64,000 nt of DNA from Octopus sinensis (GCF_006345805.1 NC_042998.1:171554001-171618000); one strand, 5' to 3'. Shown: positions 1 through 13,003, numbered from the stretch's first letter. A program made the numbers and translations. Notes: a model not told the origin generated them from the letters alone.

Positions 1-388
1 TGATTCTTTTTTCAATCCTTCCGCTTCATCGTCTCTCAAACGAAAATGTAGAATTATATTCATAACTACTCACCAAGACTATTTCAGCGAGTGAGGAAAT
101 CATATTTCATGACTTTGTTATCGCTTCATCAAAGGGGTAAAAGTTGTGGGAATAGCAATTAAAAATTTTTTTTTAGTTATTTTATAGACCCAGCTGCCTG
201 GCGATCGGCTACTGCAGCGGAAATTCCGAACATTATTTTAAACTCGTCTATACATATTTTAACTTGAAAAGGAATTTGAACATGTCACCAAAACCTGGAC
301 CAAGCTGGTTTAATCTTTAAAACCATCAGCAGGCAAATATGTCTATACGACAAAATTATTCATCTCCTAATATAATAATGAGCGTAGT

Positions 389-426
<38 letters not shown>

Positions 427-1724
427 CTTTATTGCCCACAAGGGGATAAACATAGAGGGGACAAACAAGGACAGACAAAGGGATTACATCGACCCCAGTG
501 CGTAACTGGTACTTTATTTATCGACCCCGAAAGGATGAAAGGCAAAGTCGAATCACGCCGGACGCAGAGGAGGAAAGAAAATAGTAATTCAGTGAAGGAG
601 AAGTAGTGAGAGTAATAGCCCTGACGGAGAGGGAGTGAGAGAAAGTAATAGCAATGAGAGAAAGGAAGGGATGATAGATGAATAAAGAAGGAAGGAAGGG
701 GTGAAAAAACAAATCAGCGTTTCAACTCTGTGTGAGTATATGTGTGTATGTGAATGCATGAATAAAGGAAGTATATGAATGTCTGTATGTGTGATTATTA
801 TGTACTTCCTTTTGTACCTTATTTATATATAAAATGCTAAATTTAGCCGTTATTTGTGACGGCACGGGGTCAGCTATTTATATGTAATTCTTTAATTTAT
901 AAATTCAAGATTTCCAGACTTAGAGGAGACGCAATTTCATTAATATGTTGTTCTTCCTCCCAATATATGTTTCTGATCAATCAAAACAACAGAAATATTT
1001 GGAAAAAATATTTCTACGACAGGCTGATATGTACCTGATATATTACATGAAAACGAGGGCTTTAGGATGTTCCAAAGACCCAGTGTACGGGATATATATC
1101 ATTATTTGAACATTTCCCTCAATATAACAGATACAAAAATAATTTGCCTTGTTCCACAGGTTTGGTATCTATCAGCTACCCCAGGAGAGAATGTCAGTTT
1201 ACTCACTGTGAGGACTAAAGTCAGTAGGACAAGTGAGTGGATCACACGTACTTTATTATAGTACTACTGCTGAGGGCGATGAATTATACAACCTTTGATT
1301 AGATCAGACATGGGCAATCCGCAATTACTCGAGAGCTGCTTTTTGTCGTTTATGATGTTTTGTAAGGCATGCATAATGTTAGCTTTCTATAAACTTAACG
1401 TTTTGTAGCTACATCTTTAAGTCTAACTTATATTTCTTATAATTGGCATAGTGTAATACATGGTGTGCACTGTATTGCATGCGATATTTGTTAAATTAAT
1501 TCTTTTAAAAGTGTGGCTAGATTTTTTAATGAGCTATAATCTCATTAGACCTACTGGTAGAAAGAAAGGTTGCTCATACCGTAACTTGATAATTGTTTTG
1601 GTCGCACACACACACATCGTGGATGACACAATGCGAACTTTAAACTTCTTGTTTATTGGTTGACTAAAATAGCAGCAATTTCTGGAGAATAAATTTAATG
1701 TATTCGTCATTTTCTTACACTTAC

Positions 1725-1787
1725 CTGCCACCAAAGAAATCCCAGACAATACTAATAATAAGATACCAGAATATGTCAACATGGTTC
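1725..1787 (-). CDS. Signal-peptide exon of an unidentified secreted or membrane protein; the gene probably continues left out of the window
   Basis: Strong acceptor (T)13-acag and strong donor CAG/gtaagt; GAACCATG context; encodes MLTYSGILLLVLSGISLVA(G), a hydrophobic stretch ending in small residues, with a phase-1 exit. Confidence 0.6.
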
Positions 1788-2739
1788 CTGTAAAAAAAAA
1801 AAATGAACATAGACATATTTTAGCTTATTTCAATCAAATAATAAGCATCACAATACGATATCTACAACTAAATAATATTTCAAGTCGGCAAGCATTTGTA
1901 GTTCACAACGTATCAAGGGTCTGTAATTTTCCGAATAGAATACGATAAGAACCTCACCCCATCTTTTTCCTGTATCTACACGATATCTCAGCACTTCAAG
2001 ATATACACTCAGCTTCATATGTTGGGGACATAAAAAAAAAAACACATCTCCCACTACTCACCATACATAGCTGCATAGTTAACTCAATTGCAATAGATGA
2101 CTGACATCTATTGGAAAGACAAAAGGGACCTGGTCTGATTTGAACTCAAACCTTATCTGCTCGGCATTCAATACGGCACTCTGTAATCTCTTACATTTTA
2201 ATAATTGCTTGATTTAGGCATAAGGCCAGGGGAAGGAATAAATTAATACCATCGACCACCCCAACTGATAAGTCATTTTATCGATCTCACAGGGGCGAAA
2301 AGCAAAGTTAACCTCAACAGGTTTTAACTCAAAATGTAAGGAGTGATGCAAGTACCGCAATGCATTTTAGCCGACGCCTTGACGATTCTGCCAAATCCAT
2401 TTACCCATTTTGCACTTTAATATTGCAAATATCTAGCACAAGCTTAAGGCTACTCATTGTCAGGAGAGAGAGTATTCTAAACTGGTACTTAAGTGGGTTT
2501 TAGGGATTTTGAACGTAAAAGACTTAAAGTTGCTTCCGACCATTTTCATTTCTATTCATAATCCTTCCATTAATACAATACTCTAGTCTTCCGTTCATAT
2601 AAAGTTTTGCTTTATTTATTTTTTACGCTCTTCATACGGTATTTTTTCATAAAATGTATTGAATGATAACTAGACAATCTAGTGTTATTTCCTTGCTGTG
2701 GTTGTGGGAAGATACTGTTATGTCCTGAATTTAACTTAC

Positions 2740-2800
2740 TTTTCATCGATAAAATTCTTCTGGTGGAAAAACCTTTCAGTCGCAAGTTTTGCAGAGATTT
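2740..2800 (-). CDS. Possible upstream exon of the same gene (mostly UTR, ATG at 2746)
   Basis: Donor AA/gtaagtt at 2739. Splicing to 1787 gives in-frame MKRTMLTYSGILLL..., adding a basic n-region. The acceptor (ttcag) has a weak pyrimidine tract, so the 5' boundary is uncertain. Confidence 0.38.
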
Positions 2801-3544
2801 CTGAATTTGTATTATACACAACAAATTAACAGAATGGTTGTCAGTTAAACACTGCTTCTGCTGCCCACAACAGAAGGCTGAAGCTTCCCGTGGTATAATA
2901 AAACTGCCACATGTATTGAGCTATTGATTTTTCAAAGGACAATAGATTTGAAACGGTAATGTGTTTGATAGTACGCTACTGTAATAAAAAAAAACTAAGA
3001 TTTCTTACTATTCTATGCTTAATAACATATATAAAGTAACCTTACACGTCTTATTAGCCATAATAGTTACTCGGCATCTTAATGTTTTTCGTACACAGAT
3101 ATAAAAAAAATGATAAAAGAAAAAAGGATTAAATTTTGCATCTTTATACGAGAATAGAAACAGTCAATTCAACGAGTTGCTTCACAACAAGCAGTAAGGT
3201 TGGCCGTTCGAATTATGCTAACGCTATTGCGTTGCTTTTGTGTGTGGCCAAAAAACTTAACTCTCTGCAATAAAGACCATTTCGCTTTAAGTAAGGTGTT
3301 ATTGTACATTGTTGTAGGAGATGACAAAATTATAAAATTGATAAACGCCTTTCTGATTTTTGTTTAGCTTTCACCGCTAAAATCAAGTCTTCTTCTGAGT
3401 TCAGAGGAAGAAGCGGAAAACTACTGCAATATATTTCCTTATTGATTCCTAATAGGAAGACTAAGTTTCAGCGATCTTCCAATTGCCCAAAATAATTACA
3501 GGACTAACTCTACCACCACAACCACCCCCACCCCCACTTATATG

Positions 3545-3774
3545 CAGGGTTGATCAAAAGCCACACGATAGTAAATCAAAATTCCATAAATACTACCCGT
3601 AGATCTGTATTGACTCAAGTGGGAAAATGTGTCGCTCAAGGACTTCAGTTTGAACAATTTTCATGATGTTTCACATTTAGATGCTTTTATTAAATTCATT
3701 CAGTTGTTAAACATAAATAAATATTGGAATTAAATGGTTTGTATATACTCTCAGGTAACTTTTGGCCAACCCTA
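3545..3774. mobile_element. Tc1/mariner-type MITE
   Basis: TA-flanked imperfect TIRs: cagggttgatcaaaag and cttttggccaaccct. Confidence 0.65.
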
Positions 3775-4178
3775 TATATATATTTCAAAGACACTAAACA
3801 TTTATATGCCAGAAAATATTGGCTTCATATTTTGGCACAAAACTTGCTATTTTTTTATTTTGGGTGGGGGGGGGGGGTTAGTCGATTATATCGACCCCAG
3901 TGCTCAACTGGTACTTATTTCATTGACTCTGAAAGGATGAAAGGCAAATTTGACTCCGGTGGAATTTGAACTCAGAACGTAAAAACGAATGAAATATCGC
4001 TAAACATTTTGCCCGGCGTGCTAACGACCCTGCCAGCTCACTGCCCTAATGCGAGAAAATTTTAAAAGCTGTGAGTACATTGAAATATAATAAATGTAAT
4101 GGAGAACGTAGCTCGATGGTTCTCGAAAGTTTTGACTTCGTGGCGCACTTCTTACGGAAGCATAAAAAAAAACAAGGC

Positions 4179-4768
4179 AAGACTTCCGTTCGTCCCCAAC
4201 CAAAAACCACCTTTTTTAAGGAAATTTTTTCGACACAAACCCCGCCCTCTTTTCGGCTAAGGGGAATACGAATCTGCAAAAAAATTGGCCAAAAACGGCA
4301 TTTTTAAATTACCCCACTCCACCCCTACCCCAATTTCCTTCATTTAAAGAAATTTTTTTCAGAATTTTTTTTCAAAATATGCGGAAAAATACGGAGATTA
4401 TGATTCTGAAAAGAATTTCCAGAAATATTTCTAAAATTTTCTTTTAAGACTTTTCTTTTTCCTAGATATGCGGAAAAATACGGACATTGTGATTTGGACA
4501 AAAATTTCAAAATATTTCTGTAGTTACGGTTAGGGTTAGTGTTTTAGGGTTAGGGTTAGGGTTTTAGGGTTAGGGTTAGGGTCTTAGGGTTAGAGTTAGG
4601 GAAAAAAGTCAAAATTGAAGAATTTGGGTGGGGAAGTGAGAAAAATATAACAATGCCGATTTATGGAAATTTTCCGGAACCGCCGTATCCGAAAACGGGG
4701 GTTTTGGGCAAAAAAATTTTTTTAATAAACAAATTTGGGAGAAAATGGCGGGGACGGCCGAAAGTCTT
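4179..4768. mobile_element. Degenerate inverted-repeat element containing an internal telomere-like array
   Basis: aagacttccgttcgtcccc (4179) versus ggggacggccgaaagtctt (ends about 4768), with further patchy inverted similarity over about 140 bp. Confidence 0.55.
4523..4601 (+). repeat. Interstitial (TTAGGG)n-like tract
   Basis: About 12 TTAGGG-like units arranged as 20-bp blocks gttttagggttagggttagg. Confidence 0.9.
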
Positions 4769-6759
4769 TCCAAAAATAAATACAAGGCTTTTTTTCTTTT
4801 TTAAAAAAAGGAATAAGTATGGAAAAGTACTTTTTAATTTATTTCATTAGTATATGTGTATAGAATAATTACGAATGATACTTTTTCAAGATGATTAAGT
4901 GTTCGCATGAATTTTTTTTACAAACTTATATTTTTACAAACCTGCGGCCCACTATTTCAGAACCATTGACACGGATCATACGGAAACACAAAAACAAACA
5001 AGGCTTCTGTGTAGAACTCGAAATTACTTCCTAGGTAAGAGCTTTTAATTTTTAACTTATCTATTTATATTTAGATTCAATAAATACGAATTTGTTTGAA
5101 CTGACCTAGCTTAATAATTAATAAATAATTTTAATAATTATAATTGTGATTAACAGCAAAGATTAGTGAAGTAAAGTTGAAACTACTTACCACAACAGAG
5201 GTTGTTAATTTTAATAAATTACTGTTGTTAACTACAAAGTAATCTCATTGCAATAGTTACTCCCTATGTACAAGGCTGGGCAATTAACAGGTGTTCAGAT
5301 AAGACTTCTCTTGAATTGCTCTTATGATAAATAGATAAAAGCGAATATCAAAACACGCTGATTGAAATTACGTTAAAAGATAATTAAGATTTCTTTCTTC
5401 GGCATAAGGCACTTTTCCCGAAGGAAAATGTTTATAATATATTTTCTCGATTTATTTATATCAGAAAAACATGATAACGCGTACAGTTGCTTGATAACAC
5501 GCTGAAACCTTGTCAATTTGAGTCGTGTCAACAGCATTGAGTTGTGTGTATGGCCAAAAAACTTAATCTTCAGTGGTGTAGGAAATACGACCGTGGTCGT
5601 ATTTCCTAACGAAATAAGATAAGCCATAAATACAATTTATACAATGCAGTGCCAACAGAATATAGATGAATTGACGACAAGCCGTTCCATTGTTTGAGAG
5701 AAGATAAGATTTTATTTACAATGGTATTAATGTTAGAAGGTTGTGAGTGCTAGCAAGTGTGTGTGTGTGTGTGTGTGTGCATGCAACACGTGTTTGTGTG
5801 TGTGACAGATACAATAAGGGTGAAAGCGTGTGACATAGTAGGTACAGAGCATGGAGTTAATGATGGAAATTGGTTTACAGTTCATAAGGTACTAGATATG
5901 TAAGAGTTCAATATCAAGATTTTGTGTCTCGGGCGGAGGCCGGTTGGGCGAATTATTGTCGAGCCGCGGTCGTGGTCTCAATCGGCGAGCGGGTTCTCTT
6001 AATATAGAATTCTTCAGATGGGCTGTTTCTACTTGGTGAAGGGATTCACTCTAACAGCGTGATTCTGTGAAGTTCGTGTGTACATGTTTGAAGTGGACGA
6101 TGGTGATGGCGACTTGAAGTTTGTACAATGATGGTGACGACGGCGGTGGAGATAGAAGGCTTTCTGTGGTGAGTGTACATTAGCGTCGTCGTGGGTGATC
6201 GTCTGTCGCTGTGACTGGAACATGTTGAGTAGCTCTGTGGTCAGAGGTTTAGTTGAGTCACTTGTTGTGCTTATTTTTCTCTTGATATAGATATTCATTC
6301 AGATATATATACTGCAACTGTTTTTCCGTGGTGAGATTTTCACACTAACAGCATGAGTTGAATCTGGAGTTATCTTGTGTACAAGTTAAATCTTCGTAGA
6401 TAGAGACGATGTTGTGATGACGTTATGTCTGTCGCTTGGTTTACTATAGCGTCTTCATATTATGTTTTGCTTGGTTGTCGTCTGCCTTTCGAACTGGAAC
6501 ATGGTTGCGTATGCTCTGTGTGGTCTCCGACTAAGACCTTAAAAGGTCTTAAGCCAAGAGATGTTTGTAATCTCAAACGAGATCATTCTTAATATTTTTC
6601 TCAAACAGTGAAGATAGCAATGAAGAAAACAATATTGCTACAGTAGTAAAGATCACCTAAGTTTAAATAGGTATCCAATGAACGGTAAAGTTCATTGTTG
6701 TTGGTGAAATTTTAAATTTAGAATCACGAAACCTCCAACTAGATATTAAAAAACATCTC

Positions 6760-6989
6760 CGTGGTGGTGCTGAAAAGTTCCTGGTTTTGAGTAAAAGAAA
6801 ATACAGGAAAATCAGTTTATTATGATTTTGCCCAACGTATCCCCTCTGAAATTCACACGCTTATTGCAACGGTCTTTCAGGTTTTCTAAGCCCTGTAAAA
6901 AAACTCGGAAGGTTGGGCCTCCAACCAGGCCTTTCGTGACATCCTTAAAGCCAGGAACTTTTCAGCAACTTGGATCTCCATCCTACGTA
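6760..6989. mobile_element. mariner-derived MITE
   Basis: Inverted ggtgctgaaaagttcctgg (6766-6784) and ccaggaacttttcagca (6951-6967). Confidence 0.75.
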
Positions 6990-7831
6990 TCTGATTTGCA
7001 ATGGTGTATTGTCGATATCATGTATTTTGCCGAATTGAAACGCTATTGCATCTCAGCCAGTTTACTGCTCTATGACCCTCGTGTCGACACTCTGCAAAAT
7101 AGGCAATGATATTTATATCTTTCTAAAAGTCATCTATTTACGCAAGAGAATAGTTCCAAAGAGAATCACAACTGAATTCTTTAATTTACAATGCAAGCAG
7201 CTACTACTGTCATTGACAGGTGAAACCAGCACAAAAAAAAAAATAGGTAAGTTTTAGTTAAAGCTAATACAAACATGACTTTTAATACATCGCTGATATC
7301 CTTGGGAAAGGTATGAAAGCAGCCAATCAACTTACCTAAAAAATGACAGGGAAAAGAGAAAGACGTTAAGATGATCAGAAATTTGTGAAAGAGCTATTTT
7401 ACACACACGCACACACAGTAGCAGACAGGATTCTTTTGTTAGTCAATATGTAGAATTCAATACGTGTTTCTGTGTGTATATGTGTGTGTATGTCTAGAAG
7501 TGTACCGATTAGAGCGCTTTCAACGGTTCGGCTACCTGACAATTATATCGCAACTATTTATACATGTATATATATATGCTTTTCTGTGAGTAACACTTTA
7601 TGTTTGAAGCGGTTGAATATGTTCTATCGTGTAAGATTTACTTCTTAAATCATTCGACACGAGCTGGAGTCGTCCTTTTATTTTTGTATTTGTCTCATAA
7701 TGCTTAATGAAACAGTTTAAAATTTTCTAAATTATCCAGCAGCATTTGTAATATGTGTGTGTGTGTTTGTATGTATGTATATATATGTATATATGTGTGT
7801 ATATATATATATGTGTATATATGTATGTATG

Positions 7832-7882
<51 letters not shown>

Positions 7883-8395
7883 CTAGCAGTATCGCCCGGC
7901 GTTGCTCGGGTTTGTAAGGGAAATAACTATATAAGCATTTTTAGAGAGTTACTTCCCTTATAGATGCGAATTCGGGCTTTCTTAGCCATTTCTGTTTTGG
8001 TGTCTTCAAGCCATGAAGTCGTTGTTCTAAAAGAACGCTGGTCTCCTTGACAACGCTTTACGACGTTGATTTCCTTACACTCCATTCCCCACAGCTTCAC
8101 GAGGGAGGGAAGAAGGGGGAGAAGCAAACAGGTGCAGGTGTGACCGTGGACGCCAACTCCGCCGCCATCGACACACGAAAAATTATGCATTAAAATGGAA
8201 TAAAAAATGATGTTAAATTATTTTTAAAATCGTAGACTCATCGTAGACGCGCGCTAATACTCAGACGGGCTCGATATGAATCACGACTATAAGATACCCG
8301 AATTTGGTTAAACTGCACCGCAAAATGTGGGAGTAGTTAGGAATCTAAATCGAAGGGGACAGACACTCACACAACTACAGTTTTATATATATAGA
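7883..8395 (-). mobile_element. Non-autonomous Helitron, copy 1
   Basis: On the minus strand it begins A/TCTATATATATAAA and ends with hairpin cccgagcaacgccggg followed by CTAG/T, the canonical Helitron termini in an AT target. Confidence 0.8.
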
Positions 8396-8783
8396 TATAT
8401 ATACAAAATAAGAAAATGGAGAAATACATCTAAATCAAATATCAATTACCAGACAAAACTCAATCACATACTTTATTTAACCACCACATAAGAAACTGTA
8501 AGGTTAAACATAAAAAAGTAGAGCAAAACAGTGTACATAAAGGAGTATACGTAAAAAAGTGTACATAAAAGAGTAATGTTATACAATAAGTAGAATATAT
8601 ATAAGAGAATATAAATATAAGTAAATATAAATATAAATATAGATTACATCTTACAGCAGTTTCGGCCATGCAGATAAGTATGTCTCATTTTACTCATATT
8701 AGCCTTTTATGGTAGGTCAATATGTAGTTATAAATGAGACATTTACAAAAATATCATAAGGCCTCTTCGGAGATTATATGATA

Positions 8784-9311
8784 CTAGCAGTATCGCCCGG
8801 CGTTGCTCGGATTTGTAAGGGAAATAACTATATAAGCATTTTTAGAGAGTTATAGCCAAAAAATAGCAAAAAAATGCATTAAAAATGGAAAAAAAATTAT
8901 GGTAAATTTTTTTAAATCGTTGACTCATCGTAGACATTTTCTGTTTTGGTGTCTTCAAGCCATGAAGTCGTTGTTCTAAAAGAACGCTGGTCTCCTTGAC
9001 AACGCTTTACGACGTTGATTTACACTCCCTTCCCCACAGCTTCACAGGTGCAGGCGTGAGCGTGGACGCCAACTCCGCCGCCATTGACACACGAAAAAAT
9101 ATGCATTAAAATGGAATAAAAAATGATGTTAAATTATTTTTTAAATCGTAGACTCATCGTAGACGCGCGCTAATAGCCAGACGGGCTCGATATGAATCAC
9201 GACTATAAGATACCCGGTTTTGGTTAAACTGCACCGCAAAATGTGGGAGTAGTTAGGAATCTAAATCGAAGGGGACAGACACTCACATAACTACAGTTTT
9301 ATATATATAGA
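8784..9311 (-). mobile_element. Non-autonomous Helitron, copy 2 (variant internal module)
   Basis: Same termini as 7883-8395, with long internal blocks nearly identical to copy 1. Confidence 0.8.
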
Positions 9312-9444
9312 TAAATCAGTGTATATATATACCCATATGGGTGCGGGTACATACCCATAATACATCATATACATATACATATGAGTGCATATACTCACAC
9401 TCTTATACATATAAATACCTTGTTGGGTACTTCACTAGCAGTAT

Positions 9445-9535
<91 letters not shown>

Positions 9536-9803
9536 GAGCAAGACGCTTTATTTCACATTGCACCAGTCCACTCAGCTAGCAACAATGAGTAGTACCTGTA
9601 TTTATATTACAATATTACATTAAATACTATGAATATAATATATAACATAACATAATATTATATGAATAATTAATAAAAACCGTAAAAGACCAACAAATTG
9701 TTTCAACTTATATTTTTTCTGATATACATAATCACAGTTCAATTATATATAGGTCATTTCAGGATCAATCGGTTCAGGAAGACGAAATCCCCGCCTGGAA
9801 AGA

Positions 9804-10578
9804 ACGGCTGGATTGTAAAATTAATTTAAACATCTGTGTTATGAGCGTGAGTGTTAATTATTCAATCTTACATCAATTACAATTAAAAAACAACAAAAAC
9901 ATTTTAACGATACAATCAAGTAAGTACTATCTACAACCATCGAAATTCACTTCATTATATCTCAAACACATACCAATTGAAACCCTATGTCCAAGATAGT
10001 CTCTTGTCATCACAACATACAATAATAATAATAATAATATGTGTGTATATAAATGCATATAAGTAAGTATCTAAGTCTTCTCCTACGTCTAACTACAACA
10101 AAAAATATATAAACAATTACATCTTCAATACCACAACTCTTTTATTTATTTAAATTATTTGGTTTGTATCGATGTTTTCTGTCGATTCACTAAATTCTCC
10201 CTTCCGTGGTGTGCGAATAATAATCATTTTTTAAAGTAAATTCAAATCTGGTTACCCACAAAAAATGAGTAAATTCCATTTCCATTGCTGTAGCATAAAT
10301 TATAATTACGGAATTCTTCCTGCGATAGATTAAGTAAACAAAGAGGGAAATTTTCATTAGGTTTCTATTCATATCTACTACATAATTATCCCTACGAGAA
10401 AATAATAAATAAATATAGAAGATTATTATTAGTTAATGTAAACAATTAATTTTTTTATACCGAGTAATTTAAATAGATAAAAGAATTGTTGCATTGAATT
10501 GTAATCGATGTAAGATTGAATAATTAACGCTCACGCTCATAACACAGACATTTAAATTAATTTTTACAATCCAGCCGT
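9804..10578. mobile_element. Non-autonomous DNA element with about 80-bp TIRs
   Basis: 9804-9884 is the near-exact reverse complement of 10497-10578; the interior is AT-rich and noncoding. Confidence 0.75.
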
Positions 10579-11134
10579 CCTGGTCTGTGTTCTTTACTTG
10601 AGTGAGTTCTCAAACTGTGACGTTGTGGTGGTATACAGTGGGTATCACAGTTGGAGGAATTACCAATATTGTGCATGCCAGCTTCTTGTATATATTGGAT
10701 TTTTTCACGGTACCCAGCTCTAACTAGAGCAGCATTATAATAAGTTACATGTGATTCGAAAATTTTATTATTAGCAGATAATCTAAAGGTTCTTAACTAG
10801 TTCGCGTATAATCGAGGGTGGATGGTTGGATGCTACATTAATGTACTTAATATGATCATTTGGCTTATACATCCATATTTGTTAACGGTTATTTTTAATA
10901 CTTGTCTCGCTAGATTGTGTGTTTGTTTCTCTTTTTTCCATCTGGAATTTTATTTTTGATCTTCTATATATAAATGAAGATATTTCCTCCGGCTGGCTGC
11001 TTTTCTCTCTACGAAACGGGAAGTTACATTGCGGAAGAGTTATTTTAACGTGTTGTATTTATTTATCACTCGACGAGATACATCTGCACCGCCAGATGCT
11101 CATGAACCAGTTGTTCATATATGTATATGCATAC

Positions 11135-11200
<66 letters not shown>

Positions 11201-12619
11201 ATGATTTTATCAATATTCTTATTAAGGGTTTTCGTTCATTAAATAAGCTATATATAACTGCATTTGCGTTTGACCCACTTGATTTCAAATGTTTCAATGC
11301 TTCAAAAATACGAGTCTGAGAAAATCCGATACGTCTTGAATCATAACTGGGTTTGAAGTTGTTAGTTATTCAAAGGAATGAACAAGAGAGGCATGTAATA
11401 ATATATAAGCAAAAATATTGGTATACGCATCGAAATACGATGAAAATATAACTAGTCATCGAGATTTGATTAGTTAAAAAAAAAAAAAACGTTAGAAAAT
11501 GTTTCACATTCATGTCATTTGTTTTAAGCACTTTGTAAAATTCTTTTTTGCAACTAATCAAACCTTATTGACTAATCATATTTCAATACATTTACTAATA
11601 CTTTTGTTCATATATTGTTACGCTGTTTCTCCTGAAATGTTTGAATAAATGACAACGTGAATCAAGAAGCTTCAGCTTCTTAAAAAAATATACGAACTCT
11701 TAATTCGTCGTCTGTAAACACAAATTTTCATCATCCTTGGTCTTATGAAACGTTTGCTTTCGCATGTTTATCCCCACATTACTGTTTCCATTTAATACTG
11801 TTGTCTGCGACTGTTTCTCAGGCAAAGGAGGAATGTTGATCTCTTCTATGTCACACAACAATCACACAGCGGTGAATGAGATCGCTCTGTCTTCAGTACT
11901 ACGAGCAAACAAATAAGAAGTTCACGAAGAAACCGACTAGGAAACCAGTGATTCGAAAGTTGATGACCAAGATCTTGAATACCCTATAGCCAGTAGTACC
12001 GTCCCATCATCTCGCAAGATAACAAATGGAACCTAAGCAGAATATCTGCAAGATACAAGAACTGCCTACACCCATTGTGGAACTCGGTTATACATGGCGC
12101 AAAAGAGCAACAGTTACCTGCTCAATAATTTCATGTAGAGGATAACCAACCCGTTAATATGTTGACTGGACTTGAGACAAGAGACAAATACCAAACACCT
12201 TGAAAACTTTTGGTAAATACCATACTGGGGACCCAGCGGTCAGTGTAGGGCTTACCAAATGCTCGGCTGACTTTAAAAACTAGTCACAAGCATTTTAGGA
12301 TATGCCAGATACCAGTATGAAAAATCGAAGGCCGTCGACGCTGTCAGAAGCTCTGATTCAAACAAGGATGCGATAAAATGCTTCGATACATTTCTGTACT
12401 CTGAAGCTCTCAAAATATTAATTTTCCTTATTATATCAAACCAGAAATCTAATTTTCAGTCATTTATGAAATTGCCAGAGTTCAAAATGACGTTAATAAA
12501 ATACGTATTCAACAGTAAATGCACACTCACATACACACACACATACACACACATGTGCGGGTAATAGAGAAAGAAGGAAATCAGATAATTTTCAGCTGCT
12601 TACTATTTTTGAGATAGAA

Positions 12620-12719
12620 TATGTAGCTGTATATATTGACGTGTGTGTGTATGTACATGCTTATATATATTTGTATGTGTGTTCATAGTATGTATATATG
12701 TACGTGTGTATACATATGC

Positions 12720-12757
<38 letters not shown>

Positions 12758-12805
12758 GCATGTGTAAACGTAGGTATGTATATATGTATCTATATATGTA
12801 AGCAC

Positions 12806-12840
<35 letters not shown>

Positions 12841-13003
12841 GTTTACATGCATGCATACATATATATACATACATACGTACACACATACTTATATACATAC
12901 GTACATAATACATGCATATGCGCATACGTACATATATACATACGTATGTACATACATACATATATACATATGCATTTACATGCATACATACACACACACA
13001 CAT

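Noticed and set aside
1035-1230. Possible next exon of the signal-peptide gene (minus strand), or a PTP-like NRYKNNLP motif (plus strand)
   Set aside because: The minus-strand phase-1 frame hits a stop before the candidate donor and resembles nothing I recognise. The plus-strand motif is short, followed by a stop and lacks other PTP motifs.
4523-4601. True telomere or chromosome-fusion site
   Set aside because: The tract is only about 80 bp, single orientation, periodically interrupted and embedded in an inverted-repeat element.
7221-7255. Plus-strand microexon (acag/GTGAAACC...AATAG/gtaagt)
   Set aside because: A poly-A run inside, a weak pyrimidine tract and no partner exons on the plus strand.
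11930-12420. Possible LTR-retrotransposon or gene remnant
   Set aside because: The composition looks coding-like, but all frames have stops and I recognised no motif.
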